A DNA stretch of 62,934 nucleotides, counting the filler, from Collodictyon triciliatum (taxonomy: Eukaryota), in NCBI GenBank assembly GCA_043381765.1. It is 5 parts of 5 records of this genome, joined end to end, with 100 filler letters (N's around TTAATTAATTAA, not from the genome) between each part and the next. Parts side by side here need not be neighbours in the genome. Positions count along the whole stretch, not along the records: positions 12,616 to 25,124 come from JBHJMP010002148.1; positions 25,225 to 37,735 come from JBHJMP010002149.1; 3 more parts are not named here. One strand, 5' to 3'. Numbering within the stretch: the stretch's first letter is position 1; each line of letters starts with the position of its first letter. Position numbers and translations under genes: made by a program. The notes beneath the pieces are model-generated. The model ran no database searches. It was not told the origin of the DNA and saw nothing but the letters and a program-made list of their open reading frames with translations. Below, piece after piece: positions 12,858-25,279 of this stretch.

Positions 12858-13475
12858 TTATGGCTTTGGGGGCGAATCTGGGGGAATATCAGACGAAAAG
12901 TATTCGCGGTATGCGCCAAGGAATCCAATCTGCTTCTTGCGAACATCCAGTTCAAGCTTTTCCTGCGCATCAAAGAAGCATCGTTGAGCGAAAGTTGCAG
13001 GAATATATAAAATTAAGTGCATTTTTCAAGAATGATGTATAAAAAGGGAGTCTGAATTATTGTCTTATATTTTTTTCTTTTTGTTTTCCTTTTATTTTCC
13101 TACCTGCTGTCTCAGGCAATTGTAGTACTCCTTTCGAAACGGGGCGCGGCAGTCGTTGTATCCGTACTTTTCGATGCACCGCTCCCATATATCGTACATG
13201 CGCTGGCATTCAACTCTGTTCGCAGCAGCTTTCTCTTTGGCAACTAGCAGCGGAGCAAGGAAATGTATGAGTGCGGGGGCTTCCAGGGGCTCAAAACAAA
13301 AAGAAAAAGAAAGGTTCTTCCTTTGTGCGCAGAGCGAAAGTGGTGCCTGATGGGCAAGAAGGCTTCTGACCAGAAAAGTGAACTGCAAGGAAATAACATC
13401 GGCAAGTATAGTAAGAATGGAACCTAGGACTTCGGAGTTTGGCTGCGAAGCTTGTCCGCGTGGCTGGCTCGTCAT
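12858..13475 (-). CDS. Small spliced protein with four Cys (C-x9-C-x8-C-x10-C), possibly a mitochondrial intermembrane-space or complex I accessory (NDUFS5-like) protein
   Basis: Exon ECQRMYDIWERCIEKYGYNDCRAPFRKEYYNCLRQQ|gtagg splices in frame to cag|EKLELDVRKKQIGFLGAYREYFSSDIPPDSPPKP-TAA (12858). The 5' exons and start are uncertain. Confidence 0.5.
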
Positions 13476-13753
13476 CGGGGGCGTTCTTTCTTCTGGTCGT
13501 GCTTCTTGATTCCCTTAGAAATTCCTCGCAGAAGCCGGGCGAGCTATTTTCCACATCAAGAGTAGGAAATCTGGTATGATTACAGTGCATGGTGGATTGT
13601 GGAAGTTTGGAGATCAATCTCTTTCGAGCAGCATGCGGGGCAATGATTGAGTCTGCTAAAAAGAAAAAGTGGAAGCAGGAAACGGAAACAGTTGTTTTCA
13701 TAATTGCAGCATTGTTTGTGAAATATGCCATGGCAAAACAGCTAAAATAAAAA

Positions 13754-13824
13754 TGCATTGTCCGGGAATCGAACCCGGGTCGACAGCTTGGAAGGCTATC
13801 ATGCTGCCACTACACCAACAATGC
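13754..13824 (-). tRNA. trnG-UCC: tRNA-Gly (anticodon TCC)
   Basis: Reverse complement GCATTGTTGGTGTAGTGGCAGCATGATAGCCTTCCAAGCTGTCGACCCGGGTTCGATTCCCGGACAATGCA folds as a cloverleaf, with GCATTGT/ACAATGC acceptor stem, TCC anticodon and GGTTCGATTCC T-arm. Confidence 0.97.
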
Positions 13825-14107
13825 ATCTGTCATCGTTCTCAGTAAATATCATATGATATAATTTTCGTTATTTTCTGGTTTGTTTTTTCATTTTTTGGTT
13901 CCTTTGCAGTTTTGTTATTGGGTTGCGTTCGTGAAAGGTCAAAGGCTGCCGACACAAGAAGATTATGTGATCACACAAGCAATGAGTATTGATGCCCTCA
14001 CTTAACCAAACCTGGTAGTTTGTTACATATAATTAATCCAGAGTATTTATTTGCAAAACTATTTTCCGCATTTATTTTTTTATTTTTTAACTTTACTAAG
14101 GGAATCA

Positions 14108-17100
14108 TGTGCAGAGGTTTCTTTGAAAGTTTGAGAACATGCAACAACCAACGGAGCAAGCAAACCGGCGTCTTACCCCTGTTCCCAGAGGACAATCGCC
14201 GCAAGGAAAAGAACGACAGGAGCCGATTAAGAGAAAAAAGAGAACCCAGTTCACCTTACTCCGGCTTGGTATGTGTTGCGTAACTTAAGGACATGACCTT
14301 TCTGCCGTAAAAATATTAATTTTCCCAGGCGCTGCGCAAGTCATCCAGAGACTGCAAATCGAAGACAGCAAACTCACATGAATAGAGTTCATATCATCGA
14401 TCAAAAGCAGAGAAGCTCCTCCATTCGTTCTGAAAGCTCCCACAAACATTCTCAATCGTCAGAACGCGTCACGGATGTAGTGCGATATGCATCGCACAGA
14501 GTAAAATCTGGGAAAATATTCTTGCATGTGAAGGAGCTTGAGATTTGCGACTCTAGCCATAATTTATCAGTTGAGGAGCTAGAAGAAAATAGTACTGGAT
14601 TCGATAAGGATGTTGGCGGGCCTGATCCTGATATAGAGGAAAATGGCAAATTGGTGAGGCCTACCCCCTTGACAACCTTCTTCAATCCAACTTCAGACCC
14701 AGAGTTTAGTCGCCTAAATGCTGTGAGGATCAACAGTTTCGATCTAAGGTACCTCATTAACTTCTTTAATTTGAGAAGGGGAGGGGTGAGAAAGTGATAC
14801 AAAAGCCTTGGTAGAATGTAATTTATTATTATTATTATCTAATAATAATCGATGCTGTAAGGACACCGATGATAGAAAAATAAGAAATTTCTTTACAGTT
14901 CACATAATATTAAAATATATTGGAATCTAATGAGACAAAATAGTATATTCGCCTTGCTTAAAATAAATTATATGAATAATCACTATTACATAGAAGGGGC
15001 TCACGGTGTGTAATATTTAATATTGCATAATTTCAACAGACCCTTTATATATTAGATTTCACTATACTGACTATGAAAAAGAATATTTGGATTTTCTCGC
15101 CGAAGGGATGAGTAATTTAATGAAGCTACCTCTAGTAGTATTAGTTATTTTCGTAGGAATTGTGTGGATTGAAGCCCCAGAAACAAAGTGATTAATCATC
15201 AACCAACCGTTTATGTAGATTTACAGATAAAAATATTATTTTTCAGATTTTATTGACTAAAGGGATATTCATATCATAAAAAATATTCAAGAATTAGAAG
15301 TTTCATGTGCACTTTCATGGTTATTTCAGCAATCATCTCTTATTTTTTGATAAAGAAGGGGCTTTCAAAAAGGTATAATCTATTGCAAATAATCCGAATC
15401 AGTTTTCCGAACGACCTAATTAACATTTTTTTTTGTAGATGGGTAGTATACCATTTGTTATGGGCATATCTAGTTTCTATAAGCTTCGGATTTACGCTTA
15501 CTAACTATGCTATGTCTGGGGCTTCGAGCTTCCCAATTTATAGCTTCATTTTAATCTATGTAAAAAAAATTGAAGTCCTTATCAAATTACATTATATAAT
15601 GTGAATATAATTATGTATCAAGCCAGACCTTACACCAAAAATCTCAATTTTTTTTGTTTGCAACACGATGATTAATTTTTATAAATACAGGTTTACGCCT
15701 GTGTTGTGAGAAGTAATTTGAAAGAGTCATATATTTTCCTTATGACTTGCATATCTGGACAATTAATAATTTTTTTCAAGAATCTTCCCATCGAATTGTC
15801 ATGGAAATATGGCTCAATTATGCTTATTGGATTTTTTTCTGGGTTTCTGACGCAATACCACCTAGATAAATGCGAAAGAATGTAAGTTTTTTATATTGTG
15901 GACGTGATATACATAATTTATTTTCCTTTATAGTATACATAATTTAAACTTTAAAAACGAAATGTAGTACTTTCCTACTCATAAAAAAGGGGGAAATTGT
16001 GAATAAAAATATATCATCCCAATATGATATTTCAATAGAAATATTAAATAAAATATATCCAAGGTAACATGATACTTTCTATAACAATCTGAAATGGAAA
16101 ATAATAAATATTACTTAACGTATGAAATGTTTATATCAATTTTTCTGTTTCATATGATTATTATTAAAATATAATAATAAGATTTTTTAAATTAGTCAAA
16201 TTGCCAGCAAGATTACTTTTTTAAGTAAAGAAACGAAACTTCACTATTTCGATAAAGACGTAGTAGTGTTTATCGTTTGCACTAATATATTGAATTTGGA
16301 ATTTGACAAGACCATGAGAAAATATTATGAACCCATTCTGGAAAAGTAGGATGATTAGTTATTCTTTTTTATCTTCATCATCAGATTAGTACCATTTAGA
16401 CTATCGATACTAAATTACCTCATTTTTGAAAAAAAATATAATCCAGTATCATGACGTCGATATTTCCGAGGTTTGTATGAGGACAATTAAATACGTCAAA
16501 GCTCTCTTAGTGTGTGTAATTTAATCTCAAATTGGTCTAATCAATCTATATCCAACAGATTCAATATCAGCGTAGTTAAGCAAGGAGGTAATAAATATTT
16601 CATTGATGGCATTACATGCAAAAAGTTCTAAAGATATTTTATGGATTTTTCAAAAAAAATTCTTGGGCATTGGAAGGAACATACTTTATGGTAAATTAAC
16701 ACCTTGAGAGAAATACTAAAATATATACAATTGTATTTAATTTCATTTATTATTTTATGGGGAAATTAGAATACTTATAATAATCTTGATATAGTGCGAA
16801 TGTGGGTTGATAGAGACAGTGGAAAATCCATTGTTGTCAGTGATATCAGCTTGGATAGAGATTGATGACATTGTCTACAAAAAATATCGCGATCTTAAGC
16901 AGATTCATCGATATGTGAGATTTCTATTTCCTCGTACGCGAATATACTTTTTATTTTTAATTTATGGAGACCCTAATTTAAATATTTAAAAAAATCAAAA
17001 GCCAATAACATAAATAATCCATGAATCATAACTCTAATCTTATGTAACGAATCAAAGTAAAATAAAATGGTTCACTATAATTAGGATTTACGCCTATAGA

Positions 17101-18730
17101 AACAACATTCCGTACTTATCTTGAATTCAAAATATAGCTTCGAGTTATCATATCAAATGGGGAAGTTTATGGCGGGATTATTTCACACCCTAAAGACGGG
17201 TTTGAGATATTCGGGGAAGGTATTCTTTGTCACCAAATTATTTCTTATCTTTATTCAAGTCATCAACAACTGAACTGTTATACCATTGGGGTGCAATAAT
17301 ATATAAAATTGCACTTATTTCGATCTATGATGCAATCCTTAACAGTGATAGACAGACTCACAATATGTATGGTTCATGGTTCTCTTCCTGGAATTGTTTT
17401 AGAAAGGAATTCCTATATTCAGATTCAAAAAACGGTAAACATAAAATTATATTTGAAACTCAAGTACTCTCCAAAAAAAAAAAAAACTTAAGTTCCTGGG
17501 GTTTCTTTTTAAAATAATAGGATTTAGACTGTGAATGCATCGAAGAATCAATTGGTGTATATACGTGGATTCAAATAACAAAACCATTTCTAAAATCGAT
17601 AAAAAGCAATTTGGTCTTGCCTCGAGCAGAGTTAGCACATAATACCGAATATAAGGTAGATGACATGTCGAACGATATGTGATTTTGAGTCAGTCAATCT
17701 AAAATTAACTCGTTTTTTTTTTTTCATACTGATTCGGTTCATACGATACATAAGTTTTTTAAATACCTTTTAATATTCACCAGATAAATGAACTTAAAAT
17801 TTCAAAATATGACGAAAAGTTATATGAAAAATATTTCAAACTTGACTCGAACCAATCATCAACAAAAATGAGAGTGGCATCTGCGTAACGTTTACTGAAA
17901 TTTTCTTACTTTTGATGATCTTATTAGTTCAAAAATTCTGTCAAATACTAACTTAAACAACTACCAGGAATATTATGACGTGCATTTGTCTAGTCTCTAC
18001 ATTTTTTTTCGCAATCGAAGCAAACATGATTTATCGGACGCTTGAATACAATATTTTGGAACTATGTATTTACACCGGCATTCGCCTAGGGCTATTTCAT
18101 GTTATTTCCATTATGGTCTTTTTTGGATATTCATTTGGGGTTACCACAGGGATTTACACGGAAAAGCACAAATTTGCAATTAGATATACGCCTTTACTTA
18201 TATCCTGCTTATACTCTGCCGTTAGCACATCCACACGCGTTTGGATGCTGCATTACGAATTATATTCTAAAGATGATAATGCACCTCAGTACTCTTTAAC
18301 AGAGTCTTTCTTTGCTATTCTTATTATTACGGCAACACCTTATAATGATTTCCAAAAGTTGCGCCCTTTTTTCTTATCATGGGCAATAGTGATGGTTTAT
18401 GGAGACTCAATTGGAATGAATGACCAGACAGAGTTTGTGAATAATATAGCATTTTAGTTTTTTTTTATCATACATCGATTGTTTTTTTATATGTATACAC
18501 AACTACTTGAGCTGTTGGTACCCTTTCTAATAATTAACGGAATAATCTTCATCTCGAAAAAATACCTAAAAGTATATTCTCATGGGTTCGTTATGTAGGT
18601 CAAAAGAGTTTACATGGATAACTCTTATTCTTAAGTATGTTATATTTCTTATTCTTTTGGGTGTTGGATCGAAGTATCAGAAAAGGATTTTTGAAGAGGC
18701 AGAAAGTCGCAGAAGGGACATTTTCATAGT
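14108..18730 (+). CDS. Hypothetical multi-exon membrane protein gene(s); structure unresolved, possibly partly degenerate
   Basis: First exons are in frame (MCRGFF...SGL|gtatgt...cag|ALRKSS...FDL). Later hydrophobic exons include WVVYHLLWAYLVSISFGF, VYACVVRSNLKESYIFLM and ORF 17975-18457. No family recognised. Confidence 0.35.
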
Positions 18731-20559
18731 TCGTTCCATTTTAGAAAACTAAAAAAAAAAAGGACATAAATATTGTTATTGTTTTCCTCATTTTTTCATC
18801 TTGAAAATTTGACTTGTATCATACACTGTTAGAAAATAGCAAAAATAAGTCATCATCAAACCCTGGTCGAATCCGCAATCCTATCTGTCATACCCGAAAC
18901 AGTATATTCGAGCCTAAAGGAGGGTCAGGAGCTGGCGATATCTCAGTCACCAGCTTGCTGCATCATTTGCGTCGAATTTATGGGAATTCATGAGCTATTA
19001 AAGCCGTTGCCAGTAGAAAAGCGCCTCTTGGAATTGCAAAGTTGGTTATGTTTTTTCATTATAGACAGCTACGAAAATTTTTGTTTCATACATTTTTTTC
19101 TTACGATACTTTTTTTAGATTTGTTATGCGCAGTTAAGAAAGGAGCTCAGTTCCATGATGTTGAATGTGTTAGGATATTTAATGCGACTCTGGTGGTATA
19201 GATAATTGCTAATAAGCTATTCTTGATATAATTCATGAAAAAAATAATTTTTTATTCTTCCTTTCAATTACGAATGGCAATTGTAATTTATAAAAGTAAT
19301 TTTACATGAGTTTGGATGTGGCCATTGTTTATTTTTCGAATAATAATAATAATAATACTGTACAGCTTACCTGTGGATTGCATAAAGATAGTGCCAATGC
19401 AGTTCATAAATCTCTTAATTTTTGCTTGCAGGCTAGTTATTCTTAAATTCTTATCTTTTATTTTATTTTATTTTATTTTTGTTAAATTTTTATGTAAATC
19501 CCTAATCAATCCAAATAGGGAGTTTTTTCTGGAAAGGAATGCTGAGTACCTAAAAACTAAATAAAGAAAAGTTAATTCATTTCAAATGCAATATAGTTAC
19601 CCTTCATCATCCGAAGCTCAGATACAACTTTTCAGAAACACCCAGAGATACGCATGGTCGTAGCGTATGGAAGATTCAAAAATGGATTCATTAGTAGGAT
19701 AATTATACACATAAAAGTTGTATACATTCCAATAATACTAGGGCATGCAAGTTAAAATTGAAATCCCCAAAATCTCAAACAAATTAAGATAAAAATGAAT
19801 AAATGAGGTAAAAACAAAAATACGGACGTTTAAGGCTATTAAAATTGAATTTTTGACTCGAACAGATAGTACAAGGCTTTCATTTGACGTATGGGGAGAC
19901 GTGGGTATGTAAATATGTGAACATATTATGATGCTAGACAGGTTAATTATCTTATATCTTTTTCTACAACTACCACCAATTATCAGTTAATCTGGTGATC
20001 TAAACTGTAGTCGATGAAGGGATGAAAATGCTGCAAAGTACACAGTGCAGAGAAATACAGGTAATATGGTTTTGTTTTGTTGAGTACTCTGCACTATGTT
20101 TTTACTGGGTTCATGTTCTCATTACATTATGATTATGATAACGATAATAAAAAATCCTTTATTCGATTCAGAGTTTTAATGATAGTATAGATTATGATAA
20201 TACTAATTAGAAGCTGCCTTATGATAGAACCTGAAAAGAAAGAAAAATACTTATATGCAGATATCGCCATCCATCGCGAGCTTTGTGAATGAACGTGCAG
20301 AATATAGTGTATTGACAAAAGTTGTTGATGGCACTTTTCATTATTACTTGGGGCATATCGTCGACTTTTGGAGGCACTACACAAAACGTGTGTTTTCGTT
20401 GGAATAAAAAATAGGTCCTTTCCAGCATGTGAAAGTACATCGATTCAGATGAAAAAATACAATCAAAAGAGTGAGAACTGAGAGTCTTTCCGTGCAAATT
20501 GCTGAAAACATTTACTTGTTCTTTATGTATAAAATCATGCTCAAAAGTGACAGAGTCTA

Positions 20560-21050
20560 CCCACAAGATGCTCTCTGAACTTGATAATGCTCCCAACCGA
20601 CTCAGCGCATCTGACATCCTGTTTGGCGCACAATACCAAATGACCCACGACTCTAGAATACTCTGGACAGTCACAAGGGGACATATCTTATTGTCCTTAT
20701 GGAGTGTGCGTGCATTCTCTCGCTCCAATGATTCGACTGATCAAGAAATCAAGTATCCAGGCTAGAAAGCCACGTGCATTACAGCTTCCTGAACGGCCTG
20801 CTGAAACACGCTCGCATTCTTCTCTACTCTGACCGCAAGCGAAGAGAGATGTGGGAATGTGTCGTGCGATATCTCCCACAGCATATTCAACCCCTGCTAC
20901 CCACGCAACAAATCAACCAGTCGGGACGCCCACCTGACCAACTCGCTATCACTGATTTCTATCCAGTGCTAGCCTCTTCACGGTAGCGTCTTCTCTTACT
21001 CGCGTTTGCTGTCTTCCATGCGCTCCTTTTATTCACTCTTATTATGGCTA
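20560..21050 (+). mobile_element. Degenerate LINE ORF2 C-terminus, a divergent relative of the 7150-7830 family
   Basis: ILFGAQYQMTHDSRILWTVTRGHILLSLW aligns with AIFGPLQQLHPDAKTLWAVTRGHLLWTMW. HYSFLNGLLKHARILLYSDRKRREMW aligns with HISFLNDFLRRLHVLYYSDPVRRNMW. The frame is interrupted near 20765. Confidence 0.8.
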
Positions 21051-21138
21051 GATTCTTCTCAAAACTGAGTCGAAATAAGGACAAGTTTAAAGAAGGCACG
21101 AACGAGGCCCTGTTACGAGAGAAAAGTGGTTCTTTTTT

Positions 21139-21923
21139 TTATTTGGTCTCATCAAAGGAGGGATTTGGTGCGTAGATAGGAATATTTCGACCTATATTGC
21201 GCGGATATATCTTTGAGTTTAATTTTGCAACTCTCTGCGTGAAAGTATCTTCGTTGGGATAAGAGCTGCCTTCTGGCGGAGCCCATATGAAAGTGTTTGG
21301 AATGTCGCCAGCAGATGCAGGTTTTTCCATCTGGACTGGGACTTGAAAAATAAACCCCCGCCCCTCGATGTCCCTTTCCACGTCTCTGGTTTCCGTCAGG
21401 TCTTGGGCCAGTGCGCGGTATCCTCGCTTGATGTGAAAGGCTGCTTTCTTCCATTTCTTTCCCATTTCCTTTAAGAAAGCTTTGTTGTCAAAAGGTAGTC
21501 CTTCACGGCGCTTCATCATTCTCATGTGAGAAACAAAAGCCATGAACGCATTTATCGGGCGCTTATTCCTCTCCCTTTTCAACGCCGTCCTCATTGATTG
21601 GCGTTCTTCAAGCCCCAAAGGACCTGGCTCCGTCTCTCCCAACATACTCTGCACTTGTTCTCCTGTTTAATACAAACGATGTCTAATTAAAACAGCGTCA
21701 GATGACCCTTATTCCAATCGAGACAAAATAAATTGAAGCAAAATGCAGCCAACAAACACAAACCTGTTTCTGGCCCAGAAAATGATGCAACATTGAGCTG
21801 TGCACTTTCTGCAGTGCTTCTTTCATACATTGTTTCTCTCTCATACCTGAGACCGTCTCGTGAGATTTTGTGACATACAGACGAAGGTAGTGACTTGAGT
21901 TCATGGCGGCTGGCTGCATCCAT
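21139..21923 (-). CDS. Single HMG-box transcription factor (SOX/TCF/MATA-HMG-like); one intron at ~21664-21764
   Basis: RNKRPINAFMAFVSHMRMMKRREGLPFDNKAFLKEMGKKWKK...YRALA matches the HMG-box consensus. Splice ACAG|gtttgt...aaacag|GAGAA keeps frame. The start may be at 21923 or 22013. Confidence 0.85.
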
Positions 21924-22344
21924 CGATGATTCTTCGGTCCGCCTAAAGACAATAAATAGCTCTTTAAAACAAAGGACATGAAATAGGATTCGTCGTAGAA
22001 GTTCGGTGTACATTCGTATACTTGATACGAGAAAGTAACTTCTATTTTTTTCCCTCTAAGGGCATTTTCTTCTCAGAATGATGAGAGCCAACCTCCCTTT
22101 GAATCTCTTCTACTAAAAAATAATAACTCTCACTTACATGGGAGGATAAATGATTTCTCGCTCGTCAGCTGAGGCGATTAAATGGCTTTCTTTGGTTTGC
22201 TTCATGTTGAATATATCACACGGACGCACGAAAGTAGGTTCTAGGTTTAAGGAAGAAATTACTAAAACGTATATTAAATAGGATTTTAAGGAGCAGCGAA
22301 GGTAGGGCAAGAAGCATGTCACCAAGAGAAAAATATAATAAATG

Positions 22345-22615
22345 TCATCATACCATAGCAAGAATCGCCAAGAGTCTGGGTTGGGTGTTCTTCGGGTGCG
22401 TTGGGGGGTTTCACAACCACATAAGAAGCGTAGTCTGGAGTCATCAATCCATTTCCGAAATGGATGGTATTCAGAGACATCGGACTTGCTGGTTCCTTTG
22501 GTGATGCTTGTATTCGGCTTAATTTACTCCCAGATTTGATCCGTTTTGTGGTGTGCTGCTCGTCAGGGAGAATATCAGCAATAATTGTTGTTTCAGTTGG
22601 CGGGGTTTGTGTCCT
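22345..22615 (-). mobile_element. Probable LINE ORF1 remnant
   Basis: Translation TPPTETTIIADILPD...GLMTPDYASYVVVKPPNAPE resembles KPTETSVMLYQLPLD...GFFTDTAVVKL...LPE of the ORF1 at 34972. Confidence 0.35.
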
Positions 22616-24039
22616 TTAATTTATTATATCCATGTGGAGAATAAAATTAGGCTTTGGTATTATATCAAGAATGAAATATGCTAAAAATGAAAAGAAAAGA
22701 AAACAGGAACTATTCTCTGATACATTGTTCTGTACAACGAAGTTTTCAAATTGAAAGGGTGTGTTAGAGGCTTCATAAGATCCATCCACCCATTAATTTT
22801 TATTATCACCCTCAATGAAACAAAAATGCATCGATGAGATGTAGATCGGCAGCGAAGATTCATGGATTTATGAATATGCTTTAAGCAAACTGTAGATAGG
22901 TTAAAACCAACCTCTGCGTGGTCAGATCTTGGTTGGCTATCAGAAAAGAATGATACTTCCGTGGAAATCGTACTATATCTGGCGGTGTGCCTCCGATCTC
23001 TTTCTGCCAGAAACTAAAGTTGTGAAAGTATGGTTTAAATACTTACGAGTCGTATAATGAGGCAGCAATATAGTTATTCTGAAAGGACGGGCATTTGTAC
23101 AATCACGCAGATGGTTCCAAAGAGATCTGGAGGCACACCTTGTATCACCAATGTGTGTTGGATCCATCAGCAAAATAAAGAGAGGTCTGTCGGAAGTCAA
23201 TATGAACAGAGGAGCAAGGTCGATTATAAGTCCAATACGATAAATATCTATGATGCCCTAATTTCATATCCAAATCGAGCTTCAGTATTTAATTGATGTT
23301 ACTAGATATTTTGAATAATAAATTAAAAAGATATATTTCAAGATGGAAGAAGAGAATGAAAAACCGATTAACTTAGTTTTGGGAGATTGCAATTGATTCT
23401 CCTCATTCAATCAACATCATCAAGCGTCTTGTAAAAATAAGAAAAAAACTCATCCTTGGGAATTGCAACTTTTTTTTTTTTTTGTTACTTATCACACTTT
23501 TGACAAACAAAAAAAATGGAGGGCAATACGCTTTGAATAAAATACCATCAACACGACATGGTCAAATTAATTACTTTTCGGTGCACATTTAAGTTCACAG
23601 CAACTAGAATATTGAATACCATCGATTTTACGGTGTGTAAGAGTGTAGATCGACAGAAAATGTTGCCAAAAACGAAAGAAAAGGAATTTATTAATTATAG
23701 GAGAGGGTATTATGAAAGGAGAGAAAGGAGGGCTGGTGTCCAAGGGAGAGTCAAATTGAAATTGGCCCTGAAAATCCACTTGGAAGACTGAAAAGAGCAA
23801 GGTGAGAGAAGGTGAAGTGAATCGATAGGCAGAGAGAGCCTCGCGCCTGCGCAAAGAAATGTCCAAACCACACACCCTCTAAGGTGCGAGATGGGATTGA
23901 CAATCAAGCAAGTGATTAACCACGTTTGCTCACATCAATAAAGAACTGCTGCTGCCGTCCTGCAGTCTAGAATCATTAATTTAATATTGTTTTTAAGGAC
24001 AAATAATAAAAAAAAAAAAAAAAACTTCTCTGTTGTTAA

Positions 24040-24935
24040 TAAAGCCCTAGCACTCGCCCCCGACCTCATCGGCCATAAGTCTCAAGTTCACGGTGGAGAC
24101 CAAAGGCCAAACCAAGTAAGTAAGGATTCGGTAAAGCACTGCACTTTGACAACTCTCACGGCGCTCTACCACGCTTTTGAGGTTGTGCACGGGTTCAATT
24201 CCATATAAGGTCTGTTTCATTGAAATTGAAGAGCGCCGCCAAAGCCTATTATAGATAAAAAATGTCGTTCATCCTTTCTGGCATGCGCGGAGGTCGTGGC
24301 TAGCTCTTCAGAAGCTCCTGCGGGCGCACGCTCAATAGGCCAAAGTTGGACGACTTTTCTTGGCGTATTGATTTTCTTGTCGCCAGTCAGGTGAATAAAG
24401 GTCTTTACAAATATGTTAGGATCTTAGATTCCCCACTAGGCATCCCGAGTACCCCTCACCGCCCCAGTCTCTCCGTTGCTTCCTACCTCTCTCACTTCCT
24501 CAATCAAGTTCAGGAAAGGACGAACAAAATAAAGCAGGCAAGCGGGCCCGCTTGAGGCAATGAATGATTCTGGTGGGAGGAATCGCTTGCTATTATTGAC
24601 GTTGTTTAGGATGACTTTGCAGTCAAGGTATGAAGCTCGCGTTTCTTCTGAAGAGGAAACCCATGCATCTTGCAACCAGTTTTTCTCTTTGGTGAGGATA
24701 TTTGTTGGACTCATTTATTTGTCTTATACTATCGATGGACCACTTGTTTAAGGTTTGAAAGTGAAAAGCATGACGAAAGGCTGTGTTGGGTCTATGTCTT
24801 TGAAGAGGCGAGCCCCGTGGTCGTCTTGGAAAAGTTTGTAGTTGACTATAAGTTCGCATTTGAATCCGAGAGACCTTGGAGGTGACAGTATGAATCAGTA
24901 AACATCGTTCAGAATAATCGCATCTGTATGTGCTT
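24040..24935 (-). mobile_element. Possible highly degenerate retroelement reverse-transcriptase remnant
   Basis: GC-richer, intron-free block with broken frames. Segments AHTDAIIL and LGFKCELIVN loosely recall the RT YADD and following motifs. Weak evidence only. Confidence 0.25.
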
Positions 24936-25025
24936 CTTTCAGTTGTTGGTTTTAATGAGTTTAAGGTGGTTTTGAAATTATTATTGTTGTTGATTATTAC
25001 ATATTCATGGTCCTGGTATTTTAAT

Positions 25026-25124
25026 AAACAAAACAAAAACAAAAACAAAAACAAAAACAAAAACAAAAACAAAAACAAAAACAAAAACAAAAACAAAAAC
25101 AAAAACAAAAACAAAAACAAAAAC
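25026..25124 (+). repeat. (AAAAAC)n microsatellite at contig end
   Basis: Hexamer tandem array seen directly. Confidence 0.95.
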
Positions 25125-25224
25125 NNNNNNNNNNNNNNNNNNNNNNNNNNNNNNNNNNNNNNNNNNNNTTAATTAATTAANNNNNNNNNNNNNNNNNNNN
25201 NNNNNNNNNNNNNNNNNNNNNNNN
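25125..25224. other. Artificial contig-joining linker
   Basis: 44 N + TTAATTAATTAA + 44 N. Confidence 0.97.
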
Positions 25225-25279
<55 letters not shown>

